Assembly: GCA_963717525.1 (NCBI GenBank)
Contig: OY970343.1
Location: 96,001-160,000, forward strand
Length of the DNA stretch: 64,000 nucleotides
Direction of reading: 5' to 3'
From: an uncultured Methanoregulaceae archaeon
Lineage (GTDB): Archaea; Halobacteriota; Methanomicrobia; Methanomicrobiales; Methanospirillaceae
Of this stretch, positions 45,587-56,458 are shown in pieces. The translations under genes and the position numbers were made by a program. The first letter of the stretch is position 1. Each line of letters opens with the position of its first letter. Under the pieces are notes generated by a model. That model saw only the letters and a list, made by a program, of their open reading frames with translations, was not told the origin of the DNA and ran no database searches.

Positions 45587-46957
45587 ATGGATCAATATGT
45601 AGAGCTAAAAGAAAAAATTCAACTATTCATCGAAGAAGCATTACCAATCTCCGAGAAAACCGCATATAAAGATAATTATGCCATTCCGCAATATCATATA
45701 GAGACGAAAGGAACTAATAATTTAATTTCGTGCCATTATAGTGATATACTATGGAATGACGAAAAATTAATGGGGGATATAACTGTTCTCAGCGGGTTGA
45801 AAACGTACAAAGATGCATTAGACTTATGTAAAAAAACCAAAGGATCTGAAATATTAAATAACAAAATGATTTCAGGGCTTGGATTAGGACGTGGAATGTC
45901 TTATATTTACATGCCTTATCAGTTTTTAATGTCAATGCTATTTAACGAAAGAAGTTACAATTTTCGACAAGAAATTTTTGACAGAATTTTTTCCGATTTT
46001 ATGACTATTGTTTCTGAGGATCACTTTTCGAATGCGCGTATAATTGTTCCACTTATTGGTTTTAACATGGCAGAGGAAGTTATAGAATTAGAAAAAGGAA
46101 AACGAATCCGAAAAGTGAACCTTGATGAGGTAGTTAATCTCTTAAACAGATTTACAAATTTAAATTGTTATTATACTACATATCCCCCAGAGCAATTCAC
46201 ATATGTTTTAGAAATTGACTTTAAGATTAATTGGAGAATTGAAGATTTTGGAGTTTCTACGTCGCTGAAAGATGCTCAAAAAGATTCAGCCGCTATTTTT
46301 ATTATGAGAATGAAAATTAATGAAGAACTAATGATATTAAGAGCTTTAACAAAATCCTGTGTTTCCGTAAAGAATTTTTGTACTGATTATCAAGGTTGGC
46401 TATCGAATAATTATCAAGGAGGGTTTGCTAATGGTTATCATTGCTTTCCATGGAGTTTGCCGAAATTTTCATCTCCTTCGACTTCAAGCATGCAGTATAT
46501 AGAATATCGCAAAAAATATCTAAATTTGCCGGAAAACGCATCTAAACACAAAATATTTTTTGCAATGCGGAAATTGGCATTCGGATTAGAAAAGTTATAT
46601 GGATGTGACGAAATTTTTGATACTATTTCTGGATTGGAAGGACTTTTAGTTCCACCAATAACCAACGGAAAACCAACTCCTCAAAAACCAATGAAATGTA
46701 TTAATGCTGTATCATCAATACTTACTGGGAAAATTCAAGATATTGCCGCTCTTAGAAAAGATTTAGAAAAGGCATATGATTTTAGAAATGATGTTGCGCA
46801 TGGGGATTTTACTTTAGATGACCCGGATTTAGATTTTACCTATGATAAAGAAATTTCCAAAACGATTTGCCGAATTCGAAAATATCGTCAAATTACCAGA
46901 AATTCATTACATGAAGCAATTAAAAGTTGTATAGATAATCCATCCCTTATCCCTTAA
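45587..46957 (+). CDS. HEPN-domain protein (ApeA-like architecture)
   Basis: SGLEGLL and AYDFRNDVAHG (Rx4H); very AT-rich. Confidence 0.7.
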   Translation: MDQYVELKEKIQLFIEEALPISEKTAYKDNYAIPQYHIETKGTNNLISCHYSDILWNDEKLMGDITVLSGLKTYKDALDLCKKTKGSEILNNKMISGLGLGRGMSYIYMPYQFLMSMLFNERSYNFRQEIFDRIFSDFMTIVSEDHFSNARIIVPLIGFNMAEEVIELEKGKRIRKVNLDEVVNLLNRFTNLNCYYTTYPPEQFTYVLEIDFKINWRIEDFGVSTSLKDAQKDSAAIFIMRMKINEELMILRALTKSCVSVKNFCTDYQGWLSNNYQGGFANGYHCFPWSLPKFSSPSTSSMQYIEYRKKYLNLPENASKHKIFFAMRKLAFGLEKLYGCDEIFDTISGLEGLLVPPITNGKPTPQKPMKCINAVSSILTGKIQDIAALRKDLEKAYDFRNDVAHGDFTLDDPDLDFTYDKEISKTICRIRKYRQITRNSLHEAIKSCIDNPSLIP

Positions 46958-47135
46958 CTTTTAGCATAATATCCATCCCGTATAAGGCCTTCATATCTTA
47001 GTTCTATTAGTAGATCTCATAAAAAACAGTCTAGAGTACTCTGGGTTCTGTGACGTTGTCGGAATCTTTAAATAGTCAACAGTGGTGTGCCACGACGATA
47101 TCATTATTATTAAGCCCCGTTAACGCAACAGCATC

Positions 47136-47163
47136 CTTTCCTTTTATTTGCATAAAAACGACT
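47136..47163 (-). other. dif/Xer-like site, spacer TGCAAA (reverse)
   Basis: CTTTCCTTTTA-TTTGCA-TAAAAACGACT. Confidence 0.68.
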
Positions 47164-47198
47164 CATTCTGTGTTGACTGGAAATATAAGGTCGGGATG

Positions 47199-47226
47199 TT
47201 TTCGGTTAATTCCAATTAAAATTGCC
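47199..47226 (+). other. Degenerate Xer-like site, spacer TTCCAA
   Basis: TTTTCGGTTAA-TTCCAA-TTAAAATTGCC; positionally equivalent to 51797. Confidence 0.5.
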
Positions 47227-47605
47227 CTGACAAGTTCTATTGTAGCTACAAGACATTAAAACGGTCAACATTGAGGGGTCATGACGAGGCATTTTGTTGG
47301 TTTCTCGTTAACGCGACATCACCATTTTAAAATTTTTAATGCTATTTTAATTTTTAAAGCCATTATACTTTAAAAATATAAAACACAAGATTTTTATTAT
47401 TGAATTATAATACATCTTATCATAGTCCCAAGAAAATCATATTTCGGTACAGTCATTGAAGAGAATTTGGAAAATGGAGAGGTGGGCTCCCCGATCCTGA
47501 AAATCAGATGAACCCCTCTTGCTCGAAGGCATGAACTAATCCTCTTCTGATATTGAAGAATTATCTGGTCATGCCCTGAAAAACAGCACTGGAGACAATG
47601 AAAAG
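47199..47605 (+). repeat. ~400-bp upstream region duplicated at 51797-52206, including a structured leader
   Basis: Shared blocks CAAGTTCT, AAACGGTCAACATT, GGGGTCATG, CTCGTTAACGC, TCAGATGAACCC, AAGGCATGAA, TCTGGTCATGCC. Confidence 0.8.
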
Positions 47606-50450
47606 ATGAAATTATTGAAATCTTGCGTAATACTGCTCGCGATAGTACTTGCAGTTATCGTAATAGCACCGATAGTGTATGCCGTAAATTACCCGGGTCC
47701 TTCAGTGACGCTCACTGACGCACAAGTGGCAGCACTTGATGTAAATACCATCCAATTGCCACAACTTCATTTCGATAATTCGCAAGCAAAAGTGATTGTC
47801 AATGCTGAGCTCAATCCTGTCGAAACTACACAGTCAACTCAAGTTACCTCGATGGCAGTGTCATCCCAAAGCACTTCGGGTTCAACAGCCCCGGTTGGCG
47901 CAATTATTTATCATTCGCAGGGAGGAGTAACAAGCGTATTTGATTCGAATGGCAATCAGCTGTTTGCTACAAACGACGCCACCGCGGCACTCGTTGCAAC
48001 TCCAAACGGTGAAGCTCCTGCAACATTTGTCCATGAGATTCCTTCCGGCTCCATTGTAAAATATGGAACGAATGGAACGTTTGTTTTCTACAATAGTCAA
48101 TTGATATTAACTCTCGTGAATGAGGGGGGATCTAATTTAGTAAATGAAAATTCCATTGCCGTTCCCTCAGCTGTGTCAGTTCCCGTATCTAGTTGCGGTA
48201 ATTTAAACGGCAATAATTATATAGGCTGGATCGAAGATGCAGAAACCAGTGCCAGTGCTCCAACATCATTGACCAGATTTGAAGCGACGTGGAAAGCGCC
48301 TGAACAAACACCTAATACCACGGAATCGCAGGCTGGACCTCTTGCTATATTTAATGGGATTCAGAATGCGAGCACAGGCGTTACAGATGGGATTATGCAA
48401 CCGGTCCTCAGTTGGGACTATATTCCAAAGGACTTTCCTACCACACCCCGCCTATATTACACAGGCGCTGCTTGGGATTTTCACACACCCAATTCTGGAG
48501 AAGATTCCCTCCATTCCACCCCGATATCGGTTTCCCCCGGAGATACTGTTCGTGGAACTATGGAGTGGAGTCCGTACCTCAAAACGTGGATTATTCAATT
48601 TAGTGACATAAATAACGGAAGGACAACTGAATTTCATTCAAACAGATTTACGACAACCAATCTTCAGTTGTTTATGGCTGTTGAAGCCTCGCAACAAGGG
48701 GTAATAATAAATCCAACTCCAACTGTCCCTAGTTTAAACAATGGATTGACCGGATCTATTCAGCTTCAATAATATCATTATACAAAACAATGGGCAATCA
48801 GTTCCGGTCATATTTTCCCCGGATATTTGTTCATTAGCAACGCAACATTTTAACAGTTTAAATGTCGTTATTAATCCAACCCCATTGAGCGTTTCGCTCA
48901 TTACCCAACCGATTTCCTATACAATCACCGCAACAGCAAACTTCAATGGAGCGATTAGTCCCTCTGGATCTGTTATAGTAGTGGATGGAGCAAGTCAGAC
49001 CTTCACTATCACGGCAAATCAGTGGTATGTGATCGATGATGTCGAAGTTGATGGAACCTCTGTTGGCGGATCTGACCTGCAAACGTTTTCATATACGATA
49101 CCCGATGTAACAGAAGATCATATGATCCATGCGTCGTTCAAACGTGCACAAATCTACACGATAACACCAAATGCCGGATCTGGCGGTTCTATCACGCCGT
49201 CAACCACAGTCAGAGTTCGACAGGGTCAAAGTCAGACGTTCACGATAACACCAGACACCGGTTACGCTATTGAGGATGTCCAGATTGACGCGGGAACTCC
49301 TAATGCCATAGACGCCGGGGCTACAAGCAGTTACACATTTCCCAATGTACAAGCAGACCAAACCATCAGCGCCACCTTTATTCCTACCTATACGATAACA
49401 CCAAGTGCCGGATCTGGCGGTTCTATCACGCCGTCAACAGCAGTCAGGGTTCAACAGGGTCAAAGTCAGACGTTCACGATAACACCAGACACCGGTTACG
49501 CTATTGAGGATGTCCAGATTGACGCGGGAACTTCTAACGCTATAGACGCCGGCGCTGTAAGCAGTTACACATTTCCCAATGTACAAGCAGACCACACCAT
49601 CAGTGCCACGTTCATTCCTACCTATACGATAACACCAAGTGCCGGATCGGACGGTACTATCACGCCGTCAACAGCAGTTACGGTTCGACAGGGTCAAAGT
49701 CAGACGTTCACGATAACACCAGACACCGGTTACGCTATTGAGGATGTCCAGATTGACGCGGGAACTCCTAATGCCATAGACGCCGGGGCTACAAGCAGTT
49801 ACACATTTCCCAATGTACAAGCAGACCAAACCATCAGCGCCACTTTTAATCTGATTCAACCCAATAATCCGATGACGTGGGACTGGTCTTCGCAAGGTTG
49901 GGGTAACTGGCAGTACACCTGGACAGTGTCAGGAACGCAGACTGGGCCCAATTCCCCATTAGGTCCCGAGATCGATAATGGCGTTGGCGTGTTTGGAACA
50001 AACACCAATCTTCTGGCCGGTTCGACTGAGTCTGATGTTACGAATACCTTTACCGATCCTACCGGCACCGGATGGAATACCCTCATATTCAACGGGGCGC
50101 TTGGTGCGAGTGATGTTCCCGGTGGGCGATGGATGACGATTACCGTTAATGGCCAGGAGGTGTTTGGCGCAACAGAATTACAGACACCACCAGGGGATGC
50201 CGATCAGCCGTTTACGATTGTTGCATCATTCCCCCAGACTTCTTCAGCAATGGTTACCCTCTCCCAAGGGCAAGATCCTGCCTGGGGGCCAGATTTCCCG
50301 ATGTATTGCAATAGTTTAACTATTGGCGAAGAAAACACCCAACAAATGAGTACTATGACTGCACTTGTGTCAAAGCCGAAGATCACCTTCACTATACCGG
50401 ACGGTAGTGAATGGAGTGGAAATAAGACGACCTCTAAAGTCGGAGCTTGA
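47606..50450 (+). CDS. Secreted protein with InlB-B-like repeats (frameshift near 48761 joins two ORFs)
   Basis: Signal peptide; second frame is open from ~48764 into 48885; three near-identical 234-bp repeats. Confidence 0.78.
49153..49850 (+). repeat. Three intragenic 234-bp tandem repeats
   Basis: YTITP.AGS.G.ITPST...QTFTITPDTGYAIEDVQID...TISATF three times. Confidence 0.9.
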
Positions 50451-50611
50451 AAGGAGGATACATCGAGCGAGATAGATACCTTCAACGACAATATGGGATA
50501 AATGAGCACCTCCCTTTTCGATAGATAAATTCATGAAGATAAGGAAGGACGATTTACAATACTTACTCCACAAATAGCAAAAAAGTCTGCTGAATATGAA
50601 AAGAGGAAACC

Positions 50612-51175
50612 ATGTTTAATAATTCGTTGACGATCCTTCTGCTAGTCTCCTGCATTCTTATTTCAGGATGCGTTTTCACTCCCTCAGTCAACAATCTTTC
50701 AACCAATGTATCGATTAATCAATTCACCCTTAACGAGTCAGTCTCAGGAAACGTAACCCCAATTATTCCTCCAATCCCTGGAGACTTTCCTGTTTATATC
50801 AGTGAAAAATATATCAACAACGGTTCTGGGACTATTGTCATGAATTATTCTGAGATCGTTGCTCATGACTATACTAATATTCCGGTTTCGCCAAGGTTTC
50901 CCGGTGGAAAACTTGCACCATTTTGTGGGTATTCAGGTAATCTTTCTAAAATCTCCGAGATTGCTATGAATGATAACCGAACTCAAAAAATTCTCAAGGA
51001 TGGTGGGATAATTGAGGATGTGAATGTATACGCCGCTCAACAAATGCTAACACATAATGAAAATCCTTGCGATGGTCTATATTTAGCTCTATATATTAAT
51101 ATTTACATCAGTCAAACAAAGGTCATTGTGGTGAATGAGAGCGCGATGAATGTTGTTGATATAGAAACATTATAA
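50612..51175 (+). CDS. Putative lipoprotein
   Basis: Lipobox-like ISGC after a hydrophobic leader. Confidence 0.7.
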   Translation: MFNNSLTILLLVSCILISGCVFTPSVNNLSTNVSINQFTLNESVSGNVTPIIPPIPGDFPVYISEKYINNGSGTIVMNYSEIVAHDYTNIPVSPRFPGGKLAPFCGYSGNLSKISEIAMNDNRTQKILKDGGIIEDVNVYAAQQMLTHNENPCDGLYLALYINIYISQTKVIVVNESAMNVVDIETL

Positions 51176-51340
51176 AATAGCGAGAGACGGGTGTTGATAT
51201 TGGCGGAGGTATTTCCTTTGAGTCACGATAACGCATCAGAATCGCACGGTATATTGCTATTCACCCATTCAAGATTCTAATATAACGCTCTGGAGGTAAT
51301 ACTGATCCTCCCCATGGTTTCCAAAGAGAAAGAGATTCAT

Positions 51341-51807
51341 ATGTTAATAATTCGTTGACGATCCTTCTGCTAGTCTCCTGCATTCTTATTTCAGGATGCG
51401 TTTTCACTCCCTCAGTCAACAATCTTTCAACCAATGTATCGATTAATCAATCCGCACTTAACAAGTCAGTCTCAGGAAACCTAACCCCAATTATTCCTCC
51501 AATCCCAAGAGACTTTCCTGTTTATATCAGTGAAAAATACATCGACAACGGTTCTGGCACTATTGTCATGAATTATTCTGAGATCGTTGCTCATGACTAT
51601 ACTGATATTCCGGTTTCACCAGAGTTTGTTAATCCTCATGCTCCTTTTTGTGGATACTCGGGTAATTCCTCCGATTTTTCCGAGATCGCTATGAACGATT
51701 ACCGCGTTCAAAACATACTCAGAGGTGGTGGAATAATTGAGGATATAGATGAATGGGTAATTTTTCGAAGCCATTTATTTTTCGCGCACCAGAACCCTTT
51801 CCTTTAA
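51341..51807 (+). pseudogene. Tandem duplicate of the 50612 lipoprotein, 3'-truncated and ending in a Xer-like site
   Basis: Near-identical 5' part with a 1-nt deletion after ATG; diverges after GGIIED. Confidence 0.7.
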
Positions 51808-51824
51808 TAACAATTAAAAATGTC
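51797..51824 (-). other. dif/Xer-like site, spacer TTGTTA (reverse)
   Basis: CTTTCCTTTAA-TAACAA-TTAAAAATGTC. Confidence 0.68.
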
Positions 51825-52206
51825 TTGGCAAGTTCTGTTGTAGGGGTAGTATATTAAACGGTCAACATTTGGGGTCATGTTGAAGGTCATTTTATTGGAT
51901 CTCGTTAACGCATCATCGCCCATTAAAATTTTTAATGTAATTATAATTTTAATATGTTGTTATAACGTTAAAATAAAAAACACAATATTTTTATTTATCC
52001 ATTTACAAACCATTCTCTTGCCAGTCCTAGACAAATCAAAGTTTGGTAGTGTCGTTCAAACAGAATTGAAAAAACAGAGAGACGGGTTCACCAGTCCTGA
52101 ACGTCAGATGAACCCTTCTTGCCCAAGGCATGAATCAATACTCTTCAGACAATGAAGAATTTTCTGGTCATGCCTCTAAAAAGCAACACCGGAGGTAATG
52201 ATTGAC

Positions 52207-54744
52207 ATGAAATTGGTAGATTGAGGAGTTATACTTCTTGTATTGATTCTTGTGACCATTTTTGTAGTGCCCGGGGTGGGGGCAACCCAGAACAACCCAA
52301 CTCCTGACAACGGGATATGTGATAACAATCACGGTCAAGGATGTGCCGTCAAGCAGCCTTATCCGCCATGTGACAACGATCAAAACAATCACTATTGTGA
52401 TTGGCATGCGGATGATAGCTGGTGTAAAAATCACGGACAAGGTAAAAATTTTGTCAGTGTCAAAAACGCAACCGTTGCTGCATCATATCTCGTGGGCGAA
52501 ATATCCAATGAACAATCGACTGATTACACAGATTGGAATGGGGCAACAGTAGTAGAAAATACGACATATTACGATGTGAATGGCGTTGAATCCGCGTACT
52601 CGTTCGATGTCATTGTCAACGGCCAATATGATGGATATATCATGGTCTCTGCAACTCGGGATAATTTTCCCATCCTCGAATTCTCAAAAGGAATTACCCC
52701 GGACAAAGATCCAGGGACTCTCATTAATGCAGAGAAACTGGCTCAAACTCAAATAAAAGATCCCAGAGAAGTTTTGGGCGAAGGGCAGCCAATTTATCTC
52801 GGCGCAACATTCTTCGATATGGCATATCCGGTAGAACTCAATAATACAAGATCCGGCCCGCAACCAATCCCTGATGACCAAATACTGGTTGATCTCATTA
52901 GGGGGGCCATTGCAGAACAAACACCAGAACAACTAAACGCAACCGAAAGACAAGAACTGGCGCAAATACAGCAGCAGAATATTGCCGAAGCAAACTCCGA
53001 ATGGAATGCTCTTGATACTGCAGGAAATTCCAATTCCGGTTCAACCACATCTATGAATGCAAATTCCGTAAAAGCAAATGTTGCAGTAATCGGGGGTGGT
53101 GGTCAGCCCACTAATTCCAATCCTATAGTCGGTGTTCCGGCGTATTTATGGAGATATGGTTGTGCCCCAACTTCCACAGCTATGGTCTTGGGATATTGGG
53201 AGAACCAAGGATTGACAGAATTACCCGCTGTTACCGATACTACTTACGGAAATCCATTAAATGTTGACTTAGCAGAGGTTATGGGTACAGACATTGTGGA
53301 GTCGGGATATTGGTGGGATTGTATACTCAATCCCTTGGATAAAAATTGTGGTGGCACATCGCCTGAGGGGATATCTACAGGAATAACAGATATTTTAAGT
53401 AATAACCTTATCAGTGGATGGTCACAATCATCAAACTTTGAACATGTTGAAGGTTACAGTGGCGATATAAATGAGATAAATAATGGATATCCGTTCCTCC
53501 TTAGTCTGGATGGAGGGGGTGCTCCTGTGGGGAGCACTACAAGCTATGGACAACATGTTATTGCCGTCATCGGTTACGATTCTTCTGAGAACACTTTAAT
53601 AGTTGATGATACATTTCATACTGTTCCGGTCGAGATAAGGTATGGTAATTGGCAGAATGCAATGTATTATAAAATCGAACATGGGGGTGATTATACGATC
53701 ATCGCAAGTGCAGGACCTGGAGGTAATATTTATCCTTCTGGTTCTCAATTAGTTGTGCCAGATTTTAGTCAATCTTTCAGTATCGTTCCGAACACGGGTT
53801 ACGTTATTCAAAATGTTGAAACGGATAATGATGTAGACCATGGGCCTATAGTTATTTACACCTTTAGCAATGTAGTGGCAGATCATTCCATCAGCGCTAC
53901 ATTCACACCTATTACCTATACCATCAGCGCCAGCGCAGGAACGGGGGGTAGTATCACTCCCTCCGGATCTGTTAGTGTTCCGTTTGACGGAAGTCAAACG
54001 TTCACCATTACGCCAGCCTCCGGTTACGTTATCAGCGATGTCCAAGTTGATGCGGGAACCCCTGAGTTTGTAGATGCTGGGGCTGCAAGCAGTTACACCT
54101 TTAGCAATGTAATTGCAAGCCATACCATCAGTGCCACATTCCAGCAGATCCCCACCACCTACTCCTCGTCATGGGACTGGTCATCACAAGGTTGGGGTAA
54201 CTGGCTGTTCAATTGGTCGGTATCAGGAGATCAAACAGGCCCCAATTCTGCGTTAGGTCCCGAAATCGGTAACGGTGAAGGCGTATTTGGCACAAATACC
54301 AATCTCCTTGCCGGTTCGACTCAGTCAACTGTCACGAATACCTTCATCGATCCGACCGGAGTCGGATGGAATACCCTCACATTCAGTGGTGCGCTTGGTC
54401 CGAGTGACGTCCCCGGCGGACGTTGGATGACGATTACCGTCAATGGTCAGCAGGTATTTGGCGCAACAGAATTAGATACGCCACCGGGAGATTCCGGTCA
54501 ACCGTTCACGATTACTGCCTCATTCCCGCAAACATCTTCCGCTTTAATTACCATCTCTCAGGGGCAGGATCCCGCGTGGGGTCCAGATTTCCCGATGTAT
54601 TGCGATAATTTGGCACTGAGTAATGAAAACACTCAAGAAGCAAACACAATGACCGCTCAGGTGTCAAGTCCGAAAACAACCTTCACTATCCCTGATGGGA
54701 GCGAATGGGCCGGAAACACGACGAATTCCTCTATCAAAACCTGA
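52207..54744 (+). CDS. Secreted papain-like (C39/C10-type) peptidase with InlB-B-like repeats; TGA at codon 6
   Basis: Prodomain GYIMVSA..PILEFS; YGCAPTSTAMVLGYW; HVIAVIGY; VDDT. Confidence 0.78.
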
Positions 54745-54834
54745 AAAGAATGTAAATAGACCGAAGTGAATAACGTCACTTGAATAAAGGATCCAATTAA
54801 TCCTTTTTCAATCAGTCTGACCGGTAGATGAGAT

Positions 54835-56143
54835 ATGAAAACGCGAAGGTATTTTGGATTTCGTGGTGTCAGCACAGGATATACCCGGCGAGCTGTAAAA
54901 TTATTCCTTGGCTTCTTCCTGCTGATCCTGCTTCTAATCCCGACTGCATCAGCGCAGGATATGATGTTCCGATACGACGCCAGTCGGTACTGGAGATTAC
55001 AGTCCAGTCGCCGGCACGACAGGCACCACGATATCGCAGATCTGGAGTTATGCGACCGGAAACGCTGTGTTTTCTGGCCCGACGATAGCGAATGGTGTCG
55101 TATATATCGGAAGTTTTGATGACAAGGTATACGCGCTGAATGCTTCTACCGGGCTGCAGCTCTGGAATTTTACGAATGGAGGTGATTCGCATTCCAGCCC
55201 TGCGGTAGCGAACGGCGTGGTGTATGTCGGGAGTGGGAATTACAACGTATACGCACTGAACGCTTCTACCGGCATGAAACTTTGGAATTATACGACCGGA
55301 AGCACTGTGGCATCCAGCCCTGCGGTAGCGAACGGCGTGGTATATGTCGGGAGCGAGGATCACAACGTATACGCACTGAACGCTTCTACCGGCATGAAAC
55401 TTTGGAATTATACGACCGGAAGCACTGTGGCATCCAGCCCTGCGGTAGCGAACGGCGTGGTGTATGTCGGGAGCGAGGATCACAACGTATACGCACTGAA
55501 CGCTTCTACCGGCATGAAACTTTGGAATTATACGACCGGAAGCACTGTGGCATCCAGCCCTGCGGTAGCGAACGGTGTTGTATATATCGGGGACGGGAAT
55601 GGAAAAGTATATGCGCTGAACGCCTCCACCGGGACGCAGATCTGGAATTATACGACTGAAAACTCTGAGTATTATGAGTATATCACCAGCCCTGCGGTAG
55701 CGAACGGCGTGGTGTATGTCGGAAGTGATGATGGCAAGGTATATGCGCTGAACGCCTCCACCGGGACGCAGATCTGGAATTATACGACTGAAAACTCTGA
55801 GTATTATGAGTATATCACCAGCCCTGCGGTAGCGAACGGCGTGGTGTATGTCGGAAGTGATGATGGCAAGGTATATGCGCTGAATGCTTCTACCGGGCTG
55901 CAGCTCTGGAACTATGCAACCGGAACATTTGTAAGTTCCGACCCGGCGGTAGTGAACGGCGTTGTATATATCGGGGACGGGAATGGAAAAGTATACGCGC
56001 TCAACACCAGGGTCCCAAATGCAATCTCCCCCATAATATATATTGTTTTTTTTGCATTTATCGTGCTTCTTTGTGTGTATTTTGCTTATCAGATTGTAAA
56101 AAAAAGGAGGAGAAGGGTGCTGATAAGTTCGCGGGACGATTGA
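54835..56143 (+). CDS. PQQ-like (BamB-type) beta-propeller protein (frameshift near 54986)
   Basis: MFRYD.SRTG start, SSPAVANGVVYVGS.D..VYALNA.TG..W repeats, C-terminal TM. Confidence 0.88.
55195..55882 (+). repeat. Near-perfect intragenic 120-bp and 132-bp tandem repeats
   Basis: Identical lines recur at 120-bp period from 55261 to 55560 and at 132-bp period after 55607. Confidence 0.9.
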
Positions 56144-56359
56144 ACCGGATGCAAATCCATCAGATATTCCTCAAGAAATCTGGTTCTGATAAGTTAGCGT
56201 TGTTGACCGATTTTTCATATCGTTAAAATTATCCTGTCGACCACCGAAGTAACAAGACCTATAACCTCCTTTAACTGTTATCGCCCGGACCCGGTTTACG
56301 GGCCAGATTTTTCTGGCGGTTTTCCCGATATAAAATTCTCTAAAGTTTTGGATATTACA

Positions 56360-56387
56360 CATTCCTTTAATAGGAATTCAAGGAAAA
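56360..56387 (-). other. dif/Xer-like site, spacer TTCCTA (reverse)
   Basis: CATTCCTTTAA-TAGGAA-TTCAAGGAAAA. Confidence 0.72.
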
Positions 56388-56458
56388 ACACAGTCCAAGA
56401 GATCCATATACCCTAAAATAAGATCATTTTTGAGTGGGGAATAGAGAATATCGAATTT

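Larger units (their letters stand above)
44918..47136. repeat. Long imperfect inverted repeats (44918-45011 and 47043-47136)
   Basis: Exact core AATGATATCGTCGT/ACGACGATATCATT plus flanking TGCGTT.CG and ACG..CAGAA submotifs. Confidence 0.7.

Noticed and set aside
49153..55882. Diversity-generating retroelement template/variable repeats
   Set aside because: No reverse transcriptase is present, the repeats are in-frame domain duplications, and differences are not adenine-specific.
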